NCBI GenBank assembly: GCA_951406725.2 | Contig: OX597826.1 | Coordinates: 41,354,001 to 41,418,000 of the forward strand | Source of the DNA: Octopus vulgaris | Taxonomy: Eukaryota | DNA length: 64,000 nucleotides | Direction: 5' to 3' | Shown here: positions 27,519 through 39,904 of the stretch, in pieces | How the letters are laid out: every line of letters starts with the position of its first letter | How positions within the stretch are numbered: the stretch's first letter is position 1 | Translations under genes and position numbers: made by a program | Notes under the pieces: generated by a model | The model's input: only the letters and a program-made list of their open reading frames with translations | The model's database searches: none | What the model was told of the DNA's origin: nothing

Positions 27519-27818
27519 AATAACCTTTGCATTTGATTTTTTAATGTCTCTACCCCCATACTTTTGTGAGTTGAGTTGAGCAAACACTATATGAGAGAGG
27601 TTTTCTTTAAGTATTGGAAATAGTTTTTGAAAAAGTTTTTTTAGCTGCTATTTCTAATGAGTTCAGTATGCGGCAAAGTAATTTATTTTACTAAGCCCTT
27701 TTATATAATGTAATAATTTGAATTCGCCTTAAATGGTGCCTTTGTATACTGAATACTTGGTGAAATTGATTAATTAATTAATTTTACCCTCAATTGTTGA
27801 AATATATATACATATATA

Positions 27819-27966
27819 TATGTGGTAAGTAGCTTGCGAACCAACCACATGGTTCTGGGTTCAGTCCCACTGCGTGGCATCTTGGGGAAGTATCTTATAC
27901 TATAACCCCGGGCCGACCAATGCCTTGTGAGTGGATTTGGTAGACGGAAACTGAAAGAAGCCTGTC

Positions 27967-28053
<87 letters not shown>

Positions 28054-28260
28054 TGTGTGTGTATGTGTTTGTGTGTCTGTGTTTGTCCCCCTAGCATTGC
28101 TTGACAACCGATGCTGGTGTCTTTACGTCCCCGTAACCTAGCGGTTCGGCAAAAGAGACCGATAGAATAAGTACTAGGCTTACAAAGAATAAGTTGTGGG
28201 GTCGATTTGCTCGACTTAAAGCGGCGCTCCAACATGGCCGCGGTCAAATGACTGAAATAA

Positions 28261-28262
<2 letters not shown>
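27819..28262 (+). mobile_element. SINE family B
   Basis: Head to tail similarity with other copies. Confidence 0.85.
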
Positions 28263-28300
<38 letters not shown>

Positions 28301-28354
28301 CTTTTATACGTTTCAGCCTTAAAGGCTGTGGCCATGCTGGATCACCGCCACTAG

Positions 28355-28402
28355 AAAAATATAGAACACTTCACGAATTTGCGTGTCATCCTAGCACAAT
28401 GG
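28355..28402 (-). pseudogene. U6: U6 snRNA 3'-terminal fragment (retropseudogene)
   Basis: Minus: ccattgtgctaggatgacacgcaaattcgtgaagtgttctatattttt vs U6 ...CCCTGCGCAAGGATGACACGCAAATTCGTGAAGCGTTCCATATTTTT. Confidence 0.9.
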
Positions 28403-28568
28403 ATGTTGACAAGGTTGCAAAAGCAACGAAAATCTTGGAAAAGAAAAAATATAAATGATAAATAAATGGAAATTGAACCGGTGCGTGTGTTAGATGATAT
28501 TAAGGAAATATGACTCTCCCCAACACAACAAAGTATCTCTGTATATATATAAGTCTATCTATCTATCA

Positions 28569-28652
<84 letters not shown>

Positions 28653-28887
28653 GTATATATAAACGTATGTGTATGTATATAATCTCTATCCTGGCGTAAA
28701 TGCGTGTGTGTGTCTGTATATATACAGACACACACACATACACACACATATATACGTATGTATGTATCTACAATTGTATGTGAATGTGTATATATATATA
28801 TATCATCTGTGTGTGTGTGTGCGTGTGTGTATGGTATATTATGAGCATGTGTATATATGTATGCATGATAGCATATATATATGTATG

Positions 28888-28934
<47 letters not shown>

Positions 28935-30005
28935 CATATACCTACATACATACATATTTACATGCATTCATGCATACATATATACACATGCTCATAATAT
29001 ACCATACACACACGCACGCACACATACATATATATATATATTTATATATACACGTACACAGAATATACATATACATTCACATACAATTGTACATGTATAT
29101 ATACACATACATATATATATATATATGTATATATATACACGCACACATACATATCCATATATACTAGATTAACACACACACACATATGCACATATACATA
29201 TGCGTGTGTGTGTGTATAAATGCTGACATCTATTCACTTACGCAAACGTATACATATGTATTTACACGTATACAGTCTATATACATACATATTAACATAT
29301 ATACATGCAAACAGCAGGAGACCTTGAATTATTAAGTATGATTACATTAAGTATTGTATTTGATATTGTGAATGTGTGTGTGTGTGTGTGTGTGTGTTTT
29401 TCCGCCTTTAAGCTTGAGTGTATATGCGCGTTTGTGTGTGTATATATTTGTAGATGTCTACGCATGTGTGTGTGTCTGTGTCTGCATAAGCGTTTAGGTA
29501 TAAGTGTACTGTATCTAGCCTTCTTCAACCTAGTTATTATTTGCTGCTAATCGCTGCTTACTGGATCTACGATGTGTGACGTCATCTCAGTTGTCGATTT
29601 ACAACTGTTCTTAGTGATTTTTACTACTGTTCTTAGTGATAACGATGATGATGATGATGATGATGATGATGACGGTAGTGGTGGTGATGGTGGTGATGGT
29701 GGTGATGATGATGATGGTGATGGTGGTGTTGATACGTCTTTCTTGTGTTGTTGCTGTAGTGTATGTAGTGCAGTTCTGATCCCACAAATGAAGTCGACCC
29801 ATGTTCCTCGTATTTATGAGGGATAACGATTGCATTCAGTGACTGAACAGTTTACAGAGTCCGAGGTTAAATAATGGTGTGGAAAGATCGGTTGGTTAGA
29901 AATCGAAGGGCATGGGTGAAAAGATGGATCCATGTAGTACGCTGTTTAGAACAAACATTAGGTTTTGGTGTTACCATCAGAAGAGATAGACAAAAGTGGA
30001 GATTC

Positions 30006-30240
30006 AAGGCGGCGAGCTGGCAGAAACGTTAGCGCGCCGGGCGAAATGCTTAGCGGTATTTCGTCTGTCGTTACGTTCTGAGTTCAAATTCCGCCGAGGT
30101 CGACTTTACCTTTCATCCTTTCGGGGTCGATAAATTAAGTACCAGTTGCATACTGGGGTCGATGTAATCGACTTAATCCCTTTGTCTGTCCTTGTTTGTC
30201 CCCTCTATGTTTAGCCCCTTGTGGGTAGTGAAAAAAAAAA
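30006..30240 (+). mobile_element. SINE family A with A-tail
   Basis: Highly similar to 3716-3948. Confidence 0.88.
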
Positions 30241-30341
30241 AAGTGGAGATTTTAATGACGTTTGGTGGTACAGAACTTCATTTGAGAGGACTCCGTTTAG
30301 AAACCATGAGGGTCAATGATGCTGTGACCAATTCTTTACAA

Positions 30342-30562
30342 CGCAGTTCGTGAGATGGTTGTGATCTGTAAACAGTTTTGAGTAGGAACCGGAAAAAGAA
30401 GAATGAGCACGCAATGCGCATGTGCACACTGAATTCGTAAAACGGGAGAGAGAAAAAAAAACGCCATGTGTATGTCAAAATAAAACGGAAGAGAAGAATA
30501 AAAACGCAATGTCAAGTTATATGATGGTCTGCATGCCACGTCTGATACCGCTGTCACGTAGC
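30342..30562. repeat. Unclassified dispersed repeat (copy 1)
   Basis: Reverse-complement homolog at 47097-47317. Confidence 0.7.
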
Positions 30563-30661
30563 TTAGGCTTTGTTATTTTAGTTTTTATCGATTGAGAAGC
30601 AGAAACAGAGTTATTCAGATGACATTCTAGTGACTAGATACTAAGTATCGGGTTCATGTTT

Positions 30662-30736
30662 TTCTGTACAAAGGTTTACGTCTTAGAACACGACTAGAAC
30701 CTAGTCGTGTTCTAAGACGTAAACTTTTGTACAGAA
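30662..30736. repeat. Near-perfect 36-bp palindrome with 3-nt loop
   Basis: ttctgtacaaaggtttacgtcttagaacacgactag-aac-ctagtcgtgttctaagacgtaaacttttgtacagaa (one G-T pair). Confidence 0.95.
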
Positions 30737-31001
30737 GAAGCGGTAAACTCAGGATATCAGCCCTCAAACATAGGTGAATCATCGCTGAATAAACCAGCTG
30801 AAATTGTAATTAATACCAGTGGTAACCTTCCCTATTTACAACATTGGATATCAGAACTGCATTTTGAGATCTCTTCAGCATTGAACAACAACACTGGATA
30901 TCAGAGCTCTGTTTGGCAGAAAAATAGTTGTTCTTTCGTTATCTGAAACTTTTACATTTATTTTGAAATAAACATTATTCAAGTATGTTCATGTTATAAT
31001 A

Positions 31002-31437
31002 CAGTAAACTTCTCCTATCCGGCACCGCTAAGAATGGAGGGTTGCCGGATAACTGAATTTTTGCGATATCTGATTATTACTTTCTAAATAACATCTTACA
31101 AAACTCATTTAAAATTATTTCTATATATATTGGTATTATCATTAATATTCTGAATAGGAAGAAATAAAAATATAATTTAAGTAAAGAAGTTTTATTTACC
31201 TAATCCTATAAATACTAATAGAATAAGTGTGGTAAAATAAAGTACTGTACTGTACTTTGAGAAGCAATAATCCATTTTAGATACAGTAAAATATATTTTT
31301 TCATGGCAATTATTTAACTCAAATTTACTTCAATTTTCTTGACTCTCATTAACAGCACATGTTCTTTTGTTTTTCCTCCTGAATACTGGTTGCTTGAGAG
31401 TTCGGTTATTCAAGAACCAGATAAGAGAGAGTTTATG
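31002..31437. mobile_element. Possible pogo/Tigger-type MITE relic
   Basis: TA-CAGTAAACTTCTCCTATCCGG left end; degenerate CCAGATAAGAGAGAGTTTATG right end. Confidence 0.4.
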
Positions 31438-31519
31438 TCTGTTGTGTAAAAATAAGATTCCGATTTATGATAACTGATTTATTACAATGGTTTTACTTTT
31501 ACTGTTTCTTCTTGTTTAT

Positions 31520-32540
31520 TTTAGGTTGTCAAATTAAAAATATGAAAATGTAAATTCGATCGATTTTATTGCTGAAGTTCAAAAAGGAGTGAAAAGCAAG
31601 TTAACCTACTTGTAACATCAACCAAGCAATTAGCCATGGAATTGTCAGAGTAGGTAAAGCTCAGTATTAGTTCTAAAATATGTCTAGTGGCGATGAGAAA
31701 CATTAAAATGAGAAAGGTCAAAGATGATCTTCCGCGATTAATAATGACCAGTCCAGCTGAAGGCCATTGTCGAGGTGAATCTAATTAAAACTGGAGAGGT
31801 TGTAAAGAATTAAATGCTGACTGTTTCACAGTAATTTGAGATATTCTACCATACTGGACAGCCATAAAAGCTCGACAAATTGTTGCTTTATAAACTGAAC
31901 GGGGAAAAAAGATCGCCGTTACGAAGTCTGCTTCGGTCTTCCTTTGAGTAGGGCGAAACTTAGCACGCCGGGCGAAATACTTAGCGGCATTTCGTCTGCC
32001 TTTACGGTCTGAGTTCAAATTCCGCCGAGGTCGACTTTGCCTTTCATCCTTTCGGGGTCGATAAATTAAGTACCAGTTGCGTACTGGGGTCGATCTAATC
32101 GACTGGCCCCTTCCCCCAACATTTTGGGCCTTGTGCCTAGAGGAGAAAAGAATAAATCTATCCATTTCTTGATCACACAGTGACATGTAATGGAAAATGG
32201 ATTCTACATCGCATTTGACGGTCGCTGGAACTAGGTAAAACACTAAAACATTTTCCGATGCTGAAGCTGCATCAAAGGAAGGTTATAATCATTATTTTAC
32301 GAGTGGAATCATCCGTCGCTATTTTTTGGATACCGGAGAAACCACAACAGCAGGAATATATTGTCAGGAAATCGATAAAATGCACTGCTGTGTTAATGTC
32401 CAATGCTGGTCATTCAAAGAGGAAAAATTCTTCTTCATGCTAATGCCCGACCACAAATAAATTCATGAATTGAACAAATTGGACCACACAACTCTACTAC
32501 GCCCTCTTTCTCTTCCACAAACCATCTCGATAGGGCTTTT
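31520..32540 (+). pseudogene. Highly decayed mariner transposase, interrupted by a SINE-A (31951-32154)
   Basis: Fragments PFLDHTVTCNGKWIL (cf. FLDRIVTCDEKWI), LKLHQRKVII, FLDTGETTTAGIYCQEIDKMH, ILLHANARP. Confidence 0.65.
31951..32154 (+). mobile_element. SINE family A (alternative tail) nested in mariner relic
   Basis: Core ctgagttcaaattccgccgaggtcgactttgcctttcatcc; tail like the reverse complement of 586-660. Confidence 0.8.
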
Positions 32541-32567
32541 AGAAACATTGTCTTTAGAAATGCATTC

Positions 32568-33023
32568 TTTTATTCTTTTATTTGTTTCAGTCATTTTTGA
32601 CTGCGGCCATGCTGGAGCACCGCCTTTAGTCGAACAAATCAACTCCAGGACTTATTCTTTGTAAGCGTAGTACGTATTCTATCGGTCTCTTTAGCCGAAC
32701 TGCTAGGTTACGAGGACGTAAGCACATCACCATCGGTTGTCAAGCGATGGTGGTGGTGGTGGGGGGACAATTATAGACACACAGACACACACACAGACAC
32801 ACAGACACACACACAAACACACACACACACATGCACACACACACACACACTCATACACACACACACATATACGACAGGCTTCTTTCAGTTTTCGTCTTAC
32901 AAAGGCTTTGGTCCGCCCGAGGCTATAGCAGAAGACACTTGCCCAAGGTACCACGCAGCGGGACTGAGCCCGGAACCACGTGGTTTGTAAGCAAGCTACT
33001 GACCACACAGCCACTCCTGCGCC
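32568..33023 (-). mobile_element. SINE family B
   Basis: Reverse complement of the full family B layout. Confidence 0.85.
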
Positions 33024-34579
33024 TATACATTTTCTTTTATACGGAAGCCATTTTTATTGTTACTTGTAGTTGAAAATACATTCAGACACCGCAGGAAGAG
33101 GGGCTCCCCACTGTGATTGCTGCAGTATTTTAAGACAAGAAAACTGACTAAAAAGTAGTTTATAAGAAATTAAACACAGCTTCATGTATAAACGGCACAA
33201 GGGATAATTTATTAATATTGAAAAAAAAATTAATGGAAAACGAGACTACAAACAATATGAACAACAGCATGTCATCTTTTGTTAACTCTGAGAGTCATAA
33301 AGAGTTCTTTGAAATGATCGGACTCAAGTAAACGATGAATGTGTCGAGCGAATATTTTGAGAAAGACTGTGTCATCTTGATAAGGAATTTATTCAAGAAA
33401 ATCCGAGGAGTAAATAACTTAACTGTTTGTTGCAAAAACACGGAGTTTCCATGTTCTCGATGTATAGTTGGAGGGAACTACGACTGTCGTGTGAAACGAG
33501 ATGTGCTCCTTCGACAAGGATAGAGGATATAGAAGCATGTGTCTGTTGCGTAAGACCAAGGATGAAACTATAGAAAACAGAGATAGCTGATCCATTACAT
33601 ACCTGCCAACGGTTAGGTGTTGTTGTCTATAGTGATGGAGAGGAAGATAACAATAATAGTCAGTTGCATTGGCAATGATGTTGCCTTTTAGTTCATTGTC
33701 ATACTTACGACCCTTTCAGGTCAAATGATGAGCGTAGGGGGGGGACCTGTAACAATATGTTTGCGAGTGGGCCTGCACAGATCTTCAGCTTTTGATATAC
33801 CCAAAGATTACAGGGCTGCCCTGGATTCAAATGAGGCAGTAACAAGGAGCTGAGTCCGAAATGTAGTGCAGGGCCGAAAATCCAGCAGTTAAACAAGGAA
33901 CGTTCGAAGGCCTTCTGCCCAGAAAAAGAAAAGCGAAGAAGTGGGTGGCTGACAGCGGCTGAGATGACGACAACAGTCAGATAGGCATGGTCTTCGGCAG
34001 CCACGGACTTCTGAGGTGAAGATATGGATGCTGCTACTGCTACTGTTTTTCCTATAGTAGCAGCGGTCGCAGCTCTGTGGATAGATAGAGCAGGAAAGTA
34101 AACGAAGACACCTCACCCTTAGCACCAGCGGCACCAGAGGCATGGGGTGGAGAACCAAGACACCGAGGGAATCCCCTCTTTCAATATAGATTAAGGGCTT
34201 TAAGTCCTGCCCAACCTAGTTGTAGCAAGGTAAAAGAGATGAAAAGTAAAGGTGGAAACCGTGGAGAATATAACAATGGAAAAAAGGAGCAAAAAATAAG
34301 AATGAACTAAAAATAATAGGCAAAAAGTCCCTCACTACGAGGCGTCTACCCGCTGGAAGTCCTTTACAAAGAGGTGTCTATCTCTATGAAAGTTCCTCAT
34401 TATGAGCCATCTATCCATCTGGAAGTCCCCTTATCATCAGGAGAAGTAGTGTGTCGGCAGCTTAGGAATTACTCTCCTGAAAATGTAGGACTGACCATGT
34501 TTCGATTAAGGCTCCACGCTTTGTAGCCTTTCAGTATAACACATTTTAGTATGGGGGTCTTGAGACTACTACTAATAAA

Positions 34580-34913
<334 letters not shown>

Positions 34914-35124
34914 TTTTGCTTTTCTATTTAATCCTCTTATCCATTTTCAATGTCAACTGTATAGTGCTTAGCTGATGATATCAGGTCGTTTTTGTAATCC
35001 GTGAATGGAGCAAACCACTATGAGAGAAGGTGAGACAGGACAGAGGTAATATTTAATGGATTTGAATGCGATGGGGCGGAAGAGATGGTGAGAAAGATAG
35101 CTAGGTAGAAAGATAGAATATATA

Positions 35125-35209
<85 letters not shown>

Positions 35210-35240
35210 TATATATATATATATTTTCATATATATATAC

Positions 35241-35297
<57 letters not shown>

Positions 35298-35506
35298 CAT
35301 ATATATACATATATATATAAACATATATATATATATATATATATGTATATGTATATATATATGTATATGTATATATATGTATATATATATGAATATATAT
35401 ATATATATATATATGTATATATCTACACACACATACATACATGCATACATATATATGTATATATATATCTATCTATCTATATCTATATGTATATATTATA
35501 TATATG

Positions 35507-35563
<57 letters not shown>

Positions 35564-35572
35564 TACATACAC

Positions 35573-35636
<64 letters not shown>

Positions 35637-36012
35637 GTTTGAACTGTTGCAATAGAAACGCATTACAGAAGTGACTTTACAATTCTTACTCGATATTGCT
35701 ATTTCGTGTGGTCAGTTGTAGCAACGTGGTTAGGAAGAAGACCAACCACCAGCATCAATACCAGATCTTACTGAGAGGAAAAGTAGAGTTTAATGTGATG
35801 CACTATGTAAAGGGCGAGCATTTTAGTGGTATGGAATGTTATAGACGGCAGGAAAACACTGTAGCAGACGAGTATTTTAGTGGTATGCAGTGTTGCGCCT
35901 GAAAGGTTTCAATGTAGAGGGTGGTGTTTCAATATTGAACCACAACCAACAAGAATACTTCTAGATGGCTTCTTGTACTGCTAGAAATAACAACCAAATG
36001 TCCTTTAAATTA

Positions 36013-36210
36013 GTTTCAAAATTTGGCACAAGGCCAGTGAGTTCGGAGGAGAGGTTAAATCGATTACATCGACTCCTATGCTCAACATGTACTTATTTTA
36101 TCGATCCCGGAGGGTGAGAAGCACAGTCAAGCTTTGAACTCAAAACGTAAAGATGGACAAAATGCCGCTAAACATTTTCCCCTGTAACGATTCTGCCAGC
36201 TCGCCGCCTT
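36013..36210 (-). mobile_element. Old SINE family A copy
   Basis: Ends ttctgccagctcgccgcctt (reverse complement of the family A head). Confidence 0.7.
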
Positions 36211-36353
36211 AAAATGTTCTTTAGATTAAGCTATACACTATCACTGAAAAGAAGGGAAGGGAATATCCGATAATCTGGTTCTAGACATGTGGCGGTTTAA
36301 TCATGGCTGAAATATCTTTGATCATACAATTTTCTCGGTTGCTTTGCAGCTAA

Positions 36354-36354
36354 A

Positions 36355-36389
<35 letters not shown>

Positions 36390-36410
36390 CCATCATCATC
36401 GTCGCCGTCG

Positions 36411-36494
<84 letters not shown>

Positions 36495-36516
36495 ACAACA
36501 ACAACAACAACAGCAG

Positions 36517-36548
<32 letters not shown>

Positions 36549-36595
36549 GCAGCAACAACAACAACAACAACAACAACAACACCAGCAGCAGCAGC

Positions 36596-36626
<31 letters not shown>

Positions 36627-36646
36627 TCAACAATAACAGCAACAAC
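36354..36646. repeat. (CAT)n-(CAA/CAG)n array
   Basis: Directly visible. Confidence 0.95.
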
Positions 36647-36785
36647 TAATCTAGACGAGCCCAATGTCTAAACGAAGACGGCCATTTGTGGTAGAAATCG
36701 TTTCTGTGGCTTTTCTTCCCACGGAAACTACCGTTGTTAACAATTTGTTAACGATTCTAATCCAGCTGGTTTTTTTGTTCTTAGA

Positions 36786-37150
36786 CGTGGCTGTGTGGTA
36801 AGAATCTTGCTTCTCAACTCTATCGTTCCGCCATCAGCCCCACTGCGTGGTACCTTGGGCAAGTGTCTTCTGCCATACCCTCGGGCCGTTGGTTAATGGA
36901 ACTGAAAGAAGCCCATCGTGTGTGTGTGTGTATACACATATATATATGAATATATTTATGTGTGTGTCTTTGTCTCACCACCGCTTGATGACCGGTGTTG
37001 TTGTGTTTACGTCCCCGTAACGTAGCAGTGCGGCAAAAGAGGATGATAGAATAAGCACTAGGCTTAAAAAATGAGGTTCTGGGATCGATTCGTTCGATTG
37101 GTGCCCCAGTATGGCTGCACTGAAACAAGTAAAAGATAAAAGATGAAAGA
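36786..37150 (+). mobile_element. SINE family B, diverged
   Basis: gtggctgtgtggtaagaatcttgc...ctgaaacaagtaaaagataaaaga. Confidence 0.75.
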
Positions 37151-37795
37151 TAAGCTGGAAGAACATATTTGATGATGTAGTCTTAGATAGATGTAGTCGA
37201 CAGAAGCGAAAAAGACGCCAAGATCACGTTGGAATATATCTGGGGGACCCAAACACTGAAGAACTTCAGAGTATCAGTTGGCCTTTTCTCACCCACCATT
37301 TTCTTTGATGTAAAAATTATGGTAAGAATCACAACAAGCAAGAGAAACAACAAGTGTTGTACCCGGAAACGGATATGTAACATAAATGAGGCAAAAAGAA
37401 AGAAGGAAAAGGAAGAAGAAAAAGAGAAAGACAAAAAGAAAGAACAGATCGTAGAATAACATTATGAAAAAAAATCAACCGCAAAAATACCACCATAGTT
37501 ACCATCACCACCATCGCTACCACTACTACCGACGTCGCCGCTCCCCACTCTGCCACCATTATCTGGAGCATATCCGTTTTAATATTGGTTTCTTAACTAA
37601 AGTGCACCAATTACTTGCCAGAGGTCGCTATAATCTGCTGTTGTCTCCCTTTGTGACCGAGGGCCGATGTAATAAGACATTTGTTTTTTTCCCTGTGGAA
37701 ATATATTTCTGTGGAAAGAGGCCAAGCAATAATATTGACACTAGTACACCACTGGTACCTCTTTAATCGACCTTAGAAAGATGAAAAGCAAAGTT

Positions 37796-38203
37796 GGATC
37801 TTTTCGGTTTGAACGGCAGTTTTTAAAAATAATTTTCACGTAACTAAACGCTTTAAAACTTCGTATACTGGTAGAATGTGTTTATAAAACATCTTTTTCT
37901 CTTGGCTTTATTGAGAAAATTCTATAGTTTGTAAGGTATTTGTTGTTTTTTTTTCTTCAATTTCTGCAATTTCAACCAATCACTGACGTCTATTGAGGTA
38001 AAAACAACATTCTGTGCTGTATGAATATGTCGCACGTTTAAGAAACAGATTGGGTTTACTTACATTTGTGAAGAAAAAAAGATACCCTTCCCCCCACCCC
38101 TAACCCTAACCCTAAAACAGATTGAAATACTAGGGTCATAATTATGGGTGACAATTTCATATGACACCGCTAGAAAAAACTGCCGTTCAAACCGAAAAGA
38201 TCC
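37796..38203. mobile_element. MITE with 29-bp TIRs and 8-bp TSD (Merlin-like), inserted into a SINE-A relic
   Basis: GGATCTTTTCGGTTTGAACGGCAGTTTTT / AAAAACTGCCGTTCAAACCGAAAAGATCC; TSD GCAAAGTT at 37788-37795 and 38204-38211. Confidence 0.9.
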
Positions 38204-38660
38204 GCAAAGTTGAATTTGGGAGGAGTTAAACAATAATATTGGCTGTCACGGTCAATATTATCTGCCGCTTTTTATCCATTGTGATATCGGTCTTTTATGT
38301 CGATCTCAAATCTTTGTTTTGGGAACAGATAAAAAAGCCTTCATTATATGCACCACACTATACATAAACAAGTTAAATACAGAAGGTCGTAAGCAAATAC
38401 CACTAGGTATTTTGTCCAAACGCTTCGTCCAATCCACCGTCATATTGAATGATAAAGTTACAACGAAAAAGAAAAAAAAAAAGAAAACTAATAAAAAAAA
38501 CTGAAGAAAAATAAAACAGAATTAAGAAAAAAAAAACATCGCCAAAGCGCTCCACCACCCCACCACCCCACCACACTAATTAATCCATTAACACAGTATC
38601 ACAGCATTTCGACAGAACTGTTAAAAGAGCAAATTCACGGTACTACTACTACTGCTGCTG

Positions 38661-38711
<51 letters not shown>

Positions 38712-39081
38712 AATAATGACAATGGTGGTGGTGGTAGTAATGGAGATTGAAGCGGTTGTGTTTATGGTAATAGTTGTGCGTGTGGTGGTACGAGCTGGGA
38801 AGGTTTAAAGCCAAACGGTTTTCATGTCCCAATGCACGCTCCCCACATAGATACATACATACATAGATACATACATGTATACATACATACATACATGCAT
38901 ACATACATACATACACACATACATACATACATACATGCATACATACATACATGCACACATACATACATACATACATACATACATACATACATACATACAT
39001 ACATACATACATGCATACATACATGCATTCATGCATACATACATACAACATACGCGCGCGTACGCGTGTCGAGTGAAAGGC

Positions 39082-39198
39082 ATGGTTTTATGGTTTTGTG
39101 GTTCAGAAATTCGCACCGCTGCCAGATGATTTGGGGTTCGATCACTCTGAGCAGCCACATTGGGAAAACAGTTTCTTCTTCTTCTTCTTCTAGTAGTT

Positions 39199-39260
<62 letters not shown>

Positions 39261-39382
39261 AGAAGAAGAAGAAGAAGAAGAAGAAGAAACTGTTCTCCCA
39301 ATGTGGCTGCTCAGAGTGATCGAACCCAAAATCATCTGGCAGCGGTGCATGCGAATTCTGAACCACAAAACCATAAAACCAT
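39082..39382. repeat. Inverted duplication of a SINE-like head around a (CAG)n spacer
   Basis: 39082-39191 near-perfectly reverse-complementary to ~39270-39382. Confidence 0.9.
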
Positions 39383-39392
39383 AAAACCATAT

Positions 39393-39447
<55 letters not shown>

Positions 39448-39475
39448 CTATATATTTATACATATGTAAATATAC

Positions 39476-39559
<84 letters not shown>

Positions 39560-39763
39560 GTCTGTCTGTCTGTCTTGTACAACTCTTCTATTTTCTTCCT
39601 AAATTCATATTAACAACGGCAATTTCATCACTGAACTTTTCATAATTATTATGAAGGCATTTTCTGTGAATTCCTGTGAAATACAGACACACGCGCGCAC
39701 GCGCGCACACACACACACACGCACGCACGGATATATATACTCACATATTCATCCATGTATATA

Positions 39764-39904
<141 letters not shown>

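Larger units (their letters stand above)
26342..27803. mobile_element. Hammerhead-carrying non-autonomous retroelement (retrozyme / Penelope pLTR array): tandem 558-559-bp units plus inverted copy
   Basis: 26342-26900 repeated at 26901-27369; 27369-27803 is the reverse complement of 26807-27240; flanked by TA-rich repeats. Confidence 0.75.

Noticed and set aside
33300-34430. Possible old LINE ORF1/3' UTR with ~31-bp degenerate repeats at 34330-34430
   Set aside because: No convincing protein motif readable by eye; left unannotated
38098-38115. Telomere or chromosome-fusion site
   Set aside because: Only three units and located inside a TIR/TSD-bounded MITE
38832-39602. 256-aa ORF and other long HT/YI/CV/THSL ORFs (e.g. 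42078, 53070, 63155)
   Set aside because: Stop-free frames created by microsatellites
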